From: Candidatus Poribacteria bacterium
GTDB taxonomy: Bacteria > Poribacteria > WGA-4E > GCA-2687025
Direction of reading: 5' to 3'
Assembly: GCA_026004875.1 (NCBI GenBank)
Contig: BPJZ01000008.1
Coordinates: forward strand, 49,253 to 113,252
Length of the DNA stretch: 64,000 nt
Below the pieces are notes generated by a model that ran no database searches, was not told where the DNA came from, and saw only the letters and a program-made list of their open reading frames with translations. Positions 8,739-18,660 of this stretch are shown here, piece after piece. Within the stretch, counting starts at the first letter, position 1. Each line of letters starts with the position of its first letter. The translations under genes were made by a program, and so were the position numbers.

Positions 8739-9140
8739 TTAGCGATCGCCCAGGACGGCCCCGACGTTATCGCGCGGGGCTGCGGGCGCAACCGTGTAGA
8801 TCGAGACGATCTCGCGCTGCGGTCGGTACAGCAGGACGATCACCTCCTCTGGAGGACAGCTGTGTTCCAGCGCATGCTTCGCCGTCCGATAGATCGGGGG
8901 GTCCAGTCCGAGGACGTTCGCTTGACCCTCCCAGTCCAGGGGGCTAGGGACGATCTCTTCGGTCTCAACGTTGCAGAGGATAACCACTCGAGCGCCGTAG
9001 CTCTGGGCGGCCTCCTGAGCGTAGGCGGCAAAGTACGCGCCGTACTCTCGCAGGAGCGCAACGTCCTCCCGCTGGAGAGCGACGATCTCTTCCTGGGAGA
9101 GTTCCAAGTCGCGATCGGTGAGGTGAGGACGGACCAGCAT
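8739..9140 (-). CDS. Hypothetical protein
   Basis: 133-aa ORF with protein-like composition, lying 4 nt downstream of the vWA gene. No motif recognised. Confidence 0.45.
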   Translation of the reverse strand: MLVRPHLTDRDLELSQEEIVALQREDVALLREYGAYFAAYAQEAAQSYGARVVILCNVETEEIVPSPLDWEGQANVLGLDPPIYRTAKHALEHSCPPEEVIVLLYRPQREIVSIYTVAPAAPRDNVGAVLGDR

Positions 9141-9144
9141 CGGT

Positions 9145-10323
9145 TCAAGGACTCTGGAGCATCCGGTTCTTATAACGGATCAGCTCGTCGCGGCCGACGA
9201 ACTTCACCTTCCCGTTTGTCTGGGCGGCCAGTTCACGGAGGAGCAGCTCTCCCGGGCCGCCAAGCTGATCAATTTCCAGACCAACGATATAGAGCGCGGC
9301 ACGATTGGTGTTCTTCCGACGGACCGTTTCGATAATTCGATCCGGATCGGTCTCCACGACGCGGCCCTGAGCGCTGGTTGGGAGTCCATCGGTCAGCAGC
9401 ACCACCACATCGGGGCTCTGGCTCAGAGCGGCCTCCAAGGCGCCAAGCGTGTTGGTTCCGAGGTTCTCCCGAATGGACTCCTGAGTGAACTGGGCGAGAT
9501 AGGCTTCGGCCTCCCGGATGTTCTCTTCGGTGGCCGGTTGCGCCTGGGGCCACATCTTGGAGACGTCGCTTGCGAAGACGACGATGTTGAACCGGTCCTC
9601 TTCGCTGAGCAGATAGAGATGGTCTACCAGGGAGGCTTTTGCCAGCTCCAGTTTGTAGAGTCCGGCAGCGCTCATGCTTGCGGAGATGTCCAAGACGTAG
9701 ACGATCGTTCCCTGTTCTCCGCGTCCTCGGAGGAAGTCAATAATCCCTAGCGGATCGCGGACGCCTCTGGAGCCGCCGCCTCCGAGCAGTCCCCCGGGCC
9801 CCTCAGACTCCAGGAGACGGGAGCCGATGCCGGCGCCTTGGACACGGGTCCGACCGGTGGGCTTTCCGGCGCCTTCGGTCTCACCGGGGAGCCGCCGAGG
9901 GGTGCTGAGCGCTTGAACGTCGCGGGGCACCTGGGCCACGGTCGTCAGATCGGGCAACAACTCTTCCTCGAGCGCTTCGACGTTGGCCACGTCCTGAACG
10001 ACAGGACGGGGCCGGACCTGCACGACTTCGGTCAGGTCGTTCCGCGCCTGGCGCATCAGGGCACGGGGCTGTTGATAGGCAAACGGCTCCTCTTTGCGGA
10101 TCCGGTCCTGAGGGGGGACCTTCAGCGGCTTGATGACCCGGGGCGGTGGGGCGACCATATCCATCCAGGAGACGTCCATTGCGTTGATCAGCTCCACGAC
10201 CTCAGCCCGCATAGCGAGGATCACCGCGGCGATCACCGCCAGACTCAGGTGAAGGACAAGGGAAAGGATCAACGCCGTCCTGGAGATGCGACGGCGCGGC
10301 ACCACACCGATCGTACGCTCCAC
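9145..10323 (-). CDS. Membrane-anchored von Willebrand factor A (vWA) domain protein
   Basis: N-terminal TM helix (ALILSLVLHLSLAVIAAVILA). vWA MIDAS-like block IVYVLDISASMS and VVVLLTDGLPTS. Confidence 0.8.
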   Translation of the reverse strand: MERTIGVVPRRRISRTALILSLVLHLSLAVIAAVILAMRAEVVELINAMDVSWMDMVAPPPRVIKPLKVPPQDRIRKEEPFAYQQPRALMRQARNDLTEVVQVRPRPVVQDVANVEALEEELLPDLTTVAQVPRDVQALSTPRRLPGETEGAGKPTGRTRVQGAGIGSRLLESEGPGGLLGGGGSRGVRDPLGIIDFLRGRGEQGTIVYVLDISASMSAAGLYKLELAKASLVDHLYLLSEEDRFNIVVFASDVSKMWPQAQPATEENIREAEAYLAQFTQESIRENLGTNTLGALEAALSQSPDVVVLLTDGLPTSAQGRVVETDPDRIIETVRRKNTNRAALYIVGLEIDQLGGPGELLLRELAAQTNGKVKFVGRDELIRYKNRMLQSP

Positions 10324-10368
10324 CGGAACGCCTTTCTCTGAGGGGAGCTATGAGCGCCTGTTTTGTTC

Positions 10369-10935
10369 CTAGCCGCCCGAGGTCCCGTGGTTCCAAAAGC
10401 GCCAGGCCAGAAGGACGAGCCGAGTTCCAATCCCCAGCGAGGCAAGAGTGATCGCGGTCCATGCGGATCGCGACCGCCGACGAGACGGCTCCAAGCGCAA
10501 CTGGGCCACCCCTGCCGTCAGAGCAAGCAGCGAGAGGATCAGCCCGACCGACGAGAAGACCGAAAGCGCCGCGCTTAACAGCGCAAAGCCGGTCAGAAAA
10601 TTGGCCGACTCCGCGGTCTCCGCGTACAGCTCCAGGAGAGGATCGGGGCGGCGGTTCCCTCTTCGCTCACCGCGCAACGCTTCCAGGAGCTGGTACACGC
10701 GCATCCGGGGCTTGGGCCGAATCTCCGAAGGGGAGCTCCCCCGGCTTCCCAGCCCAAACAGCCGTTCTTCGCCGGGGAACATCGGCAGAAGCGTTTCTTC
10801 CGTCAGCCGAATGGTGGGCGCCGCGGCGATCCGAAACGACTCAGAGCCCTTCCGCTCCGGCTTCTGGTCTTGAGAACGGGCCTGTTCCGAACCCTCTCCT
10901 GAACCCGCTCGGAAACTCGGCTCTGAACCCGTCAT
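10369..10935 (-). CDS. Hypothetical membrane protein
   Basis: Charged N-terminal region followed by hydrophobic helices (FLTGFALLSAALSVFSSVGLILSLLALTAGV and TAITLASLGIGTRLVLLAW). Confidence 0.45.
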   Translation of the reverse strand: MTGSEPSFRAGSGEGSEQARSQDQKPERKGSESFRIAAAPTIRLTEETLLPMFPGEERLFGLGSRGSSPSEIRPKPRMRVYQLLEALRGERRGNRRPDPLLELYAETAESANFLTGFALLSAALSVFSSVGLILSLLALTAGVAQLRLEPSRRRSRSAWTAITLASLGIGTRLVLLAWRFWNHGTSGG

Positions 10936-11204
10936 CCTTGCTCCCTAGCGATTCCGTCCCAGCAACCAAGCAACGGTACTTCACGATACCACATTCCCCA
11001 AGGCCGGTCAAGAACCGGCTTGTGAACCTTGGTTTGGTCCGCCGGGGGAGAGCCTTTCGACCCGCTGGCCCAGATCAAGGCGGAGCGAACGCCTTTCCCC
11101 AGTTGCGCGCTCGAGTCCGTTCGCCTACACTGATCTACAATAAGGGGGGGAGAGACAGGGGTCCAAATCGTTTGAGCGAGGGAGTGTGCGAAGGGTACGC
11201 CGTC

Positions 11205-12488
11205 ATGAGGGTATGGATGCGCTACGGCCGACAGGGGCTAGAGGTCGAGTTCCCGGACGATCGGACCACGGTGGTCCGGATGAAGCCCAGCCGCCCTCTC
11301 CCGGATCCACAGGGGGCCGTCTGGGACGCCCTGCAGCACCCCATCGGGACGCCGTCCCTCTCTCGTCTGGCACAAGGCCGAAGGGACGCCTGTGTGGTGA
11401 TCTCCGACATCACCCGACCGGTTCCCAACCGCCTGATCCTTCCCCCCATTCTCCAGACGCTGGAGGAGGCCGGCATCCCCAGGGAGCGAATCCTGATCCT
11501 GATCGCCACCGGAATCCATCGCCCCAACGAGGGGGAGGAGCTGATCGAGCTAGTCGGCGAGGAGATCGCCTCGCAGTACCGGATCGAGAACCATTACTCT
11601 GGCGACCTTTCCAGTCATAAAGACCTCGGTCCCACCTCAAAGGGCACACCGGTCCTAATCGATGCCCGTTATTGCGAGGCGGACCTGAAGATCACCACAG
11701 CCCTGATCGAGCCTCACTTGATGGCCGGATACTCCGGCGGCAGAAAGGCGATCTGTCCTGGCCTGGCCTCGATCGAGACGATGAAGATCATGCACGGGCC
11801 GGGAATTTTGGAGCATCCCCGTTCGGCACCGGGTATTCTGGACGGAAACCCCTTCCATGAAGAGGCGCTAGAGATCGCCCGAATGGCCGGCTGTGATTTC
11901 TGCCTGAACGTGGCCCTGGACGATCAGCGCCGGTTGATCGGCGTCTTTGCCGGAGAGATCGATCTGGCCCATCGAGCCGGATGCGCCTTTGTCGGCGAAC
12001 GAGTCACCGTCCCGGTTGAACCCGCGGAGATCGTCGTGACGACCAGCGCCGGCTATCCGCTGGATCGCTCCTTCTACCAAGCGATCAAAGGCCCCGTCGG
12101 AGCGTTGGAGGCGGTCCGACCCGGCGGGAGCATCCTCCTCCTAGCCGAGTGCTGCGAAGGGGTAGGAAGCCCTCCCTTTGAAAAGCTCGTCCGAGAGACC
12201 CCAAGCCTCGAGCAGTTCGTTCAGGATCTCTATCGCCCCGAGAAGTTCGTCGTGGATCAGTGGCAGCTTGAGGAGTTGGCCAAAGTGGCGCGTAAAGCCT
12301 CCGTGTATATGTACTCAGAAGGAATCGACCCGGAGGTGATGAAGGAGCTCTTCGTAACCCCCGTGGAGAGCCCAGAGGCGGGAATTCAACAGTTGCTGGA
12401 ACTGCACGGCCCCGACGCTCGAATTATCGCAATTCCGGAGGGCCCTTATGTGATCCCCGTGGCCGTTGAAGCGGAGCAGTCGGCATGA
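11205..12488 (+). CDS. larA: LarA-like nickel-dependent lactate racemase family protein (DUF2088)
   Basis: VVISDITRPVPN...LIATGIHRPNEGEE...LMAGYSGGRKAICPG resembles LarA. The real start is at 11205, since the long upstream ORF is low-complexity. No larB, larC or larE in the window. Confidence 0.8.
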   Translation: MRVWMRYGRQGLEVEFPDDRTTVVRMKPSRPLPDPQGAVWDALQHPIGTPSLSRLAQGRRDACVVISDITRPVPNRLILPPILQTLEEAGIPRERILILIATGIHRPNEGEELIELVGEEIASQYRIENHYSGDLSSHKDLGPTSKGTPVLIDARYCEADLKITTALIEPHLMAGYSGGRKAICPGLASIETMKIMHGPGILEHPRSAPGILDGNPFHEEALEIARMAGCDFCLNVALDDQRRLIGVFAGEIDLAHRAGCAFVGERVTVPVEPAEIVVTTSAGYPLDRSFYQAIKGPVGALEAVRPGGSILLLAECCEGVGSPPFEKLVRETPSLEQFVQDLYRPEKFVVDQWQLEELAKVARKASVYMYSEGIDPEVMKELFVTPVESPEAGIQQLLELHGPDARIIAIPEGPYVIPVAVEAEQSA

Positions 12489-13174
12489 GACAAAAGGAAC
12501 CGATCCTCGTGCGGGGCTATCGGAACGGGCTTTATGTCACCGTAGACGACTCCGTTCCGACCGAGGAGCTGGCCGATCGGATCGTCTCCCGACTGGCGCG
12601 TTTGGGCTCCTTTGTGAAAGGGGCGCCGCTCGTCCTGGAGGTGGGACAGCGATCGCTCAACGACGAAGAGCTCCGGCAGATTCAAAAGCAGCTGGACCGA
12701 CAGTATGGCCTGCGAATCGTTCAGCTGGTGAGCGGTTCGGACGCGACACGAAGCGCCGCGGAGATTCTCCGCATTCGAGCAGTGCCGACCCTGTTTGATC
12801 ATCGTGTCGAGGAACCGCCAGCGCTCCGCGCGCGGGAGCCGAACACGATCACCATCCGACACACTCTCCGAGCGGGCGCTTCAGAGCAGTTTCTCCAGGG
12901 AAGTATCCTCGTCTTGGGGGACGTGAACCCCGGCGCAGAGCTGGTCGCTTCTGGGGACATCATCGTTCTGGGGACACTGCGCGGGGTCGTTCACGCCGGC
13001 GCGCTTGGGGATGAGGGGGCCGTTGTCATTGCGCTGCGACTTTTAGCTACGCAGATCCGGATCGCCGGCCACATCGCCCGCTCCCCCGAAGGGGAGCGGG
13101 AGGCCCGCCCGTACCCGGAGATCGCTTTGGTCGAAAAGGAACAGATTGTCGTCCGAAGGTTCGAGGGCTTCTAA
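12485..13174 (+). CDS. minC: Septum site-determining protein MinC
   Basis: C-terminal beta-helix ILVLGDVNPGAELVASGDIIVLGTLRGVVHAGA...ATQIRIAG. The start overlaps the larA stop (ATGA). Confidence 0.9.
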   Translation: MRQKEPILVRGYRNGLYVTVDDSVPTEELADRIVSRLARLGSFVKGAPLVLEVGQRSLNDEELRQIQKQLDRQYGLRIVQLVSGSDATRSAAEILRIRAVPTLFDHRVEEPPALRAREPNTITIRHTLRAGASEQFLQGSILVLGDVNPGAELVASGDIIVLGTLRGVVHAGALGDEGAVVIALRLLATQIRIAGHIARSPEGEREARPYPEIALVEKEQIVVRRFEGF

Positions 13175-13197
13175 CCGGTTCACCAAGGAGAAGGGGG

Positions 13198-13992
13198 ATG
13201 GGACGCCCGATCGTCATTACTTCTGGAAAGGGTGGGGTCGGAAAGACCACCACCGCCGCAAACCTGGGAACGGCCCTGGCGCTGCTGGGTCAAAAGGTGG
13301 TCGTCGTGGATGCGGACATCGGTCTCCGCAACCTGGACGTGGTGATGGGGCTAGAAAGCCGCGTCGTCTTCACCTCCATGGACGTCATCGAGGGAAAGTG
13401 CGACCTGAACAAGGCCCTGATCCGCGACAAGCGTGCGGAAAACCTCTACATCCTGGCCGCCGCCCAAAGCCGCAACAAGAGCGACGTCCAGCCCGAACAG
13501 ATGGCCCGACTGGTCAAAGAGCTGGAACAGCAGTTTGACTTTGTCCTGATCGACTGCCCGGCGGGAATCGAGCAGGGCTTTGACAACGCCGTCGCCGGCG
13601 CCCAAGAGGCGATCGTCGTGGTCACCCCAGAGGTCTCCTCGATCCGAGACGCCGACCGGGTGATCGGACTGCTCCAAGCCAAAGGCCTGACCGAGCCTCG
13701 GTACATCCTGAACCGGTACTCCCCTCGACTCGTAGAACAGGGGGAGATGCTCGACCGTTCGGACGTGCAGGAGATCCTCGCTATTCCGCTTTTGGGGATC
13801 ATCCCGGAGGATCAGACGATCATCGCCTCAACCAACCGCGGCAAGCCGTTGGTCCTGGAGGCCAGCACGCCGGCGGGAGCGGCCTACGTTCGCATCGCCC
13901 GCCGGCTCCTGGGCGAGGAAATTCCGATCCCGGAATTCCGCGAGGAGACCGGATGGAGCCGCTTTTTCCGAATGCTCTTTGGGCGCGGTTGA
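13198..13992 (+). CDS. minD: Septum site-determining ATPase MinD
   Basis: Deviant Walker A ITSGKGGVGKTTTAANLG, with VVVVDADIGLRNLD. 264 aa. Confidence 0.95.
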   Translation: MGRPIVITSGKGGVGKTTTAANLGTALALLGQKVVVVDADIGLRNLDVVMGLESRVVFTSMDVIEGKCDLNKALIRDKRAENLYILAAAQSRNKSDVQPEQMARLVKELEQQFDFVLIDCPAGIEQGFDNAVAGAQEAIVVVTPEVSSIRDADRVIGLLQAKGLTEPRYILNRYSPRLVEQGEMLDRSDVQEILAIPLLGIIPEDQTIIASTNRGKPLVLEASTPAGAAYVRIARRLLGEEIPIPEFREETGWSRFFRMLFGRG

Positions 13993-14026
13993 GCCGTCCG
14001 CCGATCTCTACCGGAAAGGAAACCCG

Positions 14027-14557
14027 ATGGCCCTGAACGATCTGGTCGTCCGACTTTTGCGCTGGTTCCAGGGACAAGAAAAGAGCAAAGAGACCGCTAA
14101 AAATCGACTCCGTCTGATCCTCATTCAGGACCGAGTCGGGGTGGACCCCGGCGTTGTAGACTCCCTCCGCGAAGACCTGTTGGCGCTGCTGACCAAATAC
14201 TTTGATGTCAACGTCGAGGAGATGGAGGTCGAAATTCAACGCGACGAGGAGCGGACCGCGCTGGTCGTCAACGTGCCGATCCTGACGCTCAAGGGGCGGC
14301 ATCCTTCCGACTTCCGTCGAGAGCGGGAGGGTGCGACCGCCTCCCAGGAGAAGTCGGAGCCGTCTCCGGCAGACGGGAGCCCAAACAAGGGCCAAAAGAG
14401 CCGGTCAGAAGGATCGGAGGAGAAGGCCTCCGAAAGCTCCGACCAGGAGAGCCCCTCTGCGACAACGTCGGAGATTCCCAAGGCCGCCGCCAGCAGCTCG
14501 GCCCCACGCCCTTCGACCGATTCTGGGGCCTCATCGGCCTCCTCGTCTTCCTCTTAG
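14027..14557 (+). CDS. minE: Cell division topological specificity factor MinE with a long Ser/Glu-rich C-terminal extension
   Basis: ATG at 14027 after GGAAAGGA. KETAKNRLRLILIQDRVGV...LLTKYFDVNVEEMEVEIQRDEERTALVVNVPI is MinE. About 85 additional low-complexity residues follow. Confidence 0.85.
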   Translation: MALNDLVVRLLRWFQGQEKSKETAKNRLRLILIQDRVGVDPGVVDSLREDLLALLTKYFDVNVEEMEVEIQRDEERTALVVNVPILTLKGRHPSDFRREREGATASQEKSEPSPADGSPNKGQKSRSEGSEEKASESSDQESPSATTSEIPKAAASSSAPRPSTDSGASSASSSSS

Positions 14558-15399
14558 GCTTCCTCTTCGCACAGCCCGAGCGCCTCCAGCGCGACGGCGA
14601 CCCCGTCCTCGTCGTTGGAGAGCGTAAGGCCGTCCGCTTGCTCCCTGACCGCCTCTGAGCCGTTTGCAACTGCAATCGAAAGTCCTGCCTCTTCGAACAT
14701 CGTCAGGTCGTTGGGAGCGTCCCCAAAGACGACGATCTGCTCTCGAGGAACTCTCAGTTGTCCGGCCAACTCTCGCAACGCCCGCCCTTTGGAGACCTCC
14801 GGATGCATCATCTCAACGTACTCCGGCAACGTGCGGGTGACGTAGAGATGGGGTCGAAAACGCTCTTGAAGGAGTGGAACCAGCTCCCGAACCGTTTCCG
14901 GGTCGGTGATGATCTGCATCTTCGTCGGAGGTCGATCCGGTCCAAACTCCCGAAGGTCCGGGACGATCTCCCCTTTCAGGCGGACGCGCGACTCGTACAG
15001 CTCCAACCAGGGATTCCGCGAGACGGCAAAAAACCGATCGTCCCAGAAGTACTGAAGGTGAAAGCCTTCCTCCTGAGCAAATGCGATCACCTGCTCCGCG
15101 ATCGGGTAAGGAATCGGCGTATGGGAGAGCGTCTCCCCGCTGGTCAGGTCGCGGACCATCGCACCGTTGTAACCGATGACCGGCGTGGTCAGTCCCAGCT
15201 CCTGATGGAACGGCCGCAACGTGGCGATCATCCGTCCGGAGACCAGGACGAAATAGACCCCTTTCCTCGTCACGCAGCGGACCGTCTCAACGGTGCGAGG
15301 CGAAAGGCGAAACTCGCTGTTGAGAAGCGTCCCGTCCATGTCGCAGGCGACCAGACGGATCGGGCGCTCCGGCTTAGGAATCTGCACCGACTTGGACAT
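14554..15399 (-). CDS. Cof-type HAD-IIB family hydrolase
   Basis: IRLVACDMDGTLLNS (DxDGT motif) and VFGDAPNDLTMF (motif IV). Confidence 0.85.
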   Translation of the reverse strand: MSKSVQIPKPERPIRLVACDMDGTLLNSEFRLSPRTVETVRCVTRKGVYFVLVSGRMIATLRPFHQELGLTTPVIGYNGAMVRDLTSGETLSHTPIPYPIAEQVIAFAQEEGFHLQYFWDDRFFAVSRNPWLELYESRVRLKGEIVPDLREFGPDRPPTKMQIITDPETVRELVPLLQERFRPHLYVTRTLPEYVEMMHPEVSKGRALRELAGQLRVPREQIVVFGDAPNDLTMFEEAGLSIAVANGSEAVREQADGLTLSNDEDGVAVALEALGLCEEEA

Positions 15400-15510
15400 G
15401 CCTTCTCCTTGAAGACAGACGAAAGGCAGGGACCGAACACTCGGCGCCCTGCCTCATCGAGTTGGATGGATCCCTGAGCGCTTATTCCCATTCGGGCCGC
15501 TCGGCGAGGG

Positions 15511-16914
15511 CTATCGCATTGCGGTCTGCTTTGGAGCGCCCGGATAGGAGTTGGGGTCCTTGTCCGAGGTGCCGGCCTGCTGCTCCTGGTAGAAGGGGTA
15601 CCCGTCGCCGTCGGCGTCCTGCTCAAACTGGCGGACCTTCTGCTCCGCCGCTCGGTAGAAGGGGGTGTCCTCGCCCAAGCTCATCGCGGCCTTGTACTGC
15701 CGATAAGCCTTTTCGAACTCCCGAATCGTTTCGTAGCAGACGGCCAAATTGTAGACCGCCTCGTCGCGGCGGAACCCCTGGGGGAACTTGTCGAGCATCT
15801 CCTGGTAGGCGTCGATCGCATCCAGATACCGACCGGCGTCTTGGTAAAGCCGGCCAATCTGGAAGGCGGCCTCTGCCGCAACGAAGGTCTCCGTCCAGAC
15901 CTCTTCGATGATCATCCGATAGGCGGCAATGGCGGCCTCCGGCCAGAGCAGCGGTGGCTTCTCCCAAGCCATCGCGATCTGCTGGAGGGTCTGAGCCACC
16001 TGCTCGGTGTAGACGCCGTAAATCTCCGTCGGCAGCACCCGCCGACCGGCCTCCATGTACTGGACGGCCAGGTCCTTCCGCTTGCTCTGAACGTACGCCC
16101 AGTCCTCTTGAATCTGATCGAGCGCCTCCTTGGCATCGATCAGGAGCGTTCGGGCCTGTTCGGCCTCAAAGGACTTGGGAAATTCTTGAATCACTTTGGC
16201 AAACTCCGGCCAGCCGTCTAGGTAGTTATGAAACCCGTAGAAGTAGATGTTCCCAATCTGGAACTGCGCCTTGGCCGCCAGCCGATAGAACTCATCGCCT
16301 TCCGCTTGTGAACGGGCCTTGGCCTCCTCGACGACTCGCCGGTAGCGCTGGATTGCCGAGTCGTAATCGCCGAGCTCTTCAAAGGACTGAGCGACGCTGT
16401 ACAGCGCGTTGAGCGCCTGAAGCCAGCGGTCCGGCGGAGCGTCTTGGGGGGTGTTGTCGTAAATGCGCTGGGCCTCGCGAATCCGCTCCCGGTTCCGCTG
16501 AAGGGCGGCCAGGTCGGTACGGGCAAGACTGGCCAAGTAGCCAGCAGGCTCCCGCTGAATGATCTCGTTCAACAGGCGCTGCGCCTCCTGATAGTTTGCC
16601 CCACCGGGAACGACCAAGCGCAGCTGAATCCGTGCCGCGCGGTACCGCGCTCGGTTCCCAAAGGACCCGTCCGGATCGATCTCGATGACGCGCAGGTACT
16701 TCTGATAGGCCTCCTGGAGCTTCTCGCGTCGCTTGTTATAGTCCTGCTCGCGGAAGGCGGCATCCTCGGCGCTCCGCGCGCTGGAGAAAGCCACCGCAGC
16801 ACCGCCGGTAACCGTCGTCGCCACCTTGGCACAGCCGATCCAACCGGCGAGCAACATCAGTACCACCGACCCGATCAGCGCCCGACGGCTCCAAAGCCCG
16901 TGCATCTTTATCAT
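15511..16914 (-). CDS. TPR-repeat lipoprotein (YbgF/BamD-like repeats)
   Basis: ATG at 16914 after AGGAGG. Lipobox-like LLAGWIGC. Multiple TPR-like repeats. Confidence 0.75.
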   Translation of the reverse strand: MIKMHGLWSRRALIGSVVLMLLAGWIGCAKVATTVTGGAAVAFSSARSAEDAAFREQDYNKRREKLQEAYQKYLRVIEIDPDGSFGNRARYRAARIQLRLVVPGGANYQEAQRLLNEIIQREPAGYLASLARTDLAALQRNRERIREAQRIYDNTPQDAPPDRWLQALNALYSVAQSFEELGDYDSAIQRYRRVVEEAKARSQAEGDEFYRLAAKAQFQIGNIYFYGFHNYLDGWPEFAKVIQEFPKSFEAEQARTLLIDAKEALDQIQEDWAYVQSKRKDLAVQYMEAGRRVLPTEIYGVYTEQVAQTLQQIAMAWEKPPLLWPEAAIAAYRMIIEEVWTETFVAAEAAFQIGRLYQDAGRYLDAIDAYQEMLDKFPQGFRRDEAVYNLAVCYETIREFEKAYRQYKAAMSLGEDTPFYRAAEQKVRQFEQDADGDGYPFYQEQQAGTSDKDPNSYPGAPKQTAMR

Positions 16915-16993
16915 CTTCGCCTCCTTACACGCTCCAACGTTCCGACTTTTGAGCTCTCGGGAATCCGGCTCGCTCCCTCCCGGCACGGCTAAT

Positions 16994-17939
16994 TTAGCCG
17001 GATTCCTTTCGAAACGCAACGGTAATCTCTCCAGTCTGATTGACCTGGGCCACTCCAGAGGGGAGTCGCTCGAACTTCAGCCGCTTCACCCAGTCCAGGG
17101 CGAGCCGGTCCAGTTGGGCGCTTCCGGATTTCTCCAAGATGGTGACCTGAAGGACGTTCCCATCGGGATCCACCTGAAAGCGCAGCCGAACGGTGCCGCC
17201 CTCGGTGCCGGTCGTGCGGGGGGGTTCGGGTCGGTATACCAAGGCCCGCCCTTCTACCTCGCCGGTGATCCGAAAGCCCTCCGGCAGCGGCATCGCTCCG
17301 GTTCCCCTTCGCTCCTGCAGGGACGGGGAAGTGCCGCCCCGCTGCGGCAGCTCGCGCGGGCGGGGAACCGCTTGCCGATCCCCCTCCGCTCGATAGGGCG
17401 ACTGGACTCTGGCCGGCGCAGTGGGGGGCAGTTGGGCCAGTCGCTCCGCCGTCAGCGACGATCCGCCGATCTCGCCGACCTCTGCCCGCTCCGTCGGAAC
17501 GCCGTAGGCGGCCTCTTCGGGACTGAGCGCTTGAAGCGCGTCGGAGCGCGGCCCCGTCGCCAGGCGCTCCAAGAGCGGGTCGGTCAGGAGCCGGGCCGCC
17601 GTCGAGCTCGGGGGACTCCTCAAGTCGAAGCTCCATCTCCGGTGCCATCGTCCGAATCTGAGCGGGCACCGCGAAGGTCTCTTCTAGCCGCTCCGGCTGC
17701 TGCACCAGCGGTGGAAGCAGCTCGACGACGATCGCCGTCTCTGTGCGCATCCGTCGGGCGTACGAGTCGTTCGCCAGTGCTAGCCCCAACACAACAACAA
17801 AGATACCGTGGGCCAAAACCGCCCAGCCCAGATAGCGCCGAGGCACGCCTAAAAGCCAAAGCGCTCCAGCCAATGCCAGTACAAACCCCACAGCTCCAAC
17901 GGCGACCCCCAACGCGAGAGTCCAGCCCGCTTCGAACAT
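16994..17939 (-). CDS. TonB/TolA-like energy transducer, apparent single frameshift
   Basis: The N-terminal TM region (from 17939) and the C-terminal TonB_C-like domain (GTVRLRFQVDPDGNVLQVTILEKSGSAQLDRLALDWVKRLKF, ending at 16994) lie in different frames. The switch is near a G5 run at 17610-17614. Confidence 0.65.
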
Positions 17940-18650
17940 CTATCCCGACGCCTCCTCTTCCCAGTCAAACCGGATCCGCTCCCGAAGCTCGGCGGTGTCC
18001 ATCTCCTTGAGCAGCACGTCCTGGGCCTTCAAAAACCGCACCAGCGCCAGCGCGTACCGGTGCATCTCCCGAACAACGGTGGCCGCTCGCTCTTGAAGAT
18101 ACTCGTGGGCAACGTAGGTGGGCACGGCGATGACCAGACCGGCAAAGGTGGTCAGCAGTGCGACGCTGATCCCGTCGGCGACGATCTTCAGTTGTGCTTC
18201 CCCCGCGTCGCTGCTCAGCGCCCCAAACGCCCGGATCATCCCCCAAACGGTCCCCAGGAGCCCTAAGAGCGGGGCCAGCGCCGCCACCATCCGAAGGAAA
18301 TAAAGGTTTCGGTACAGCCCGTAGGTCTCACGGGATAAGTACTCCCGAAGCTCCCGCATCAGCTCCACAGGACCGAGCTGGCGCCGACGAATTCCCAGTC
18401 GGATCAGGCCGGTCATCACCATCGGACGACGCTCGCACAACTCGACGGCGGTGTCGTACTTCCCTTGCTCCAGAAGCCGATAGACGCGCGAGAGGTAGTC
18501 CGCGGGGATCAGGCGGTCGCGACGCAGGGCAACCACGCGCTCCAGAAAAATAGCGGTGCAGATCAGCGAAAAGAACAACAACGGGGCCAACATCGGCCCG
18601 CCTTTGGAAAGCTGTTCCAGTCCTTGAATCAGCTCCGAGAGAACCTCCAT
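17940..18650 (-). CDS. MotA/TolQ/ExbB family proton channel
   Basis: LLGLLGTVWGMIRAFGAL...DGISVALLTTFAGLVIAVP is the MotA_ExbB signature. Three TM helices. Confidence 0.9.
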   Translation of the reverse strand: MEVLSELIQGLEQLSKGGPMLAPLLFFSLICTAIFLERVVALRRDRLIPADYLSRVYRLLEQGKYDTAVELCERRPMVMTGLIRLGIRRRQLGPVELMRELREYLSRETYGLYRNLYFLRMVAALAPLLGLLGTVWGMIRAFGALSSDAGEAQLKIVADGISVALLTTFAGLVIAVPTYVAHEYLQERAATVVREMHRYALALVRFLKAQDVLLKEMDTAELRERIRFDWEEEASG

Positions 18651-18660
18651 GGTTCCGCCT

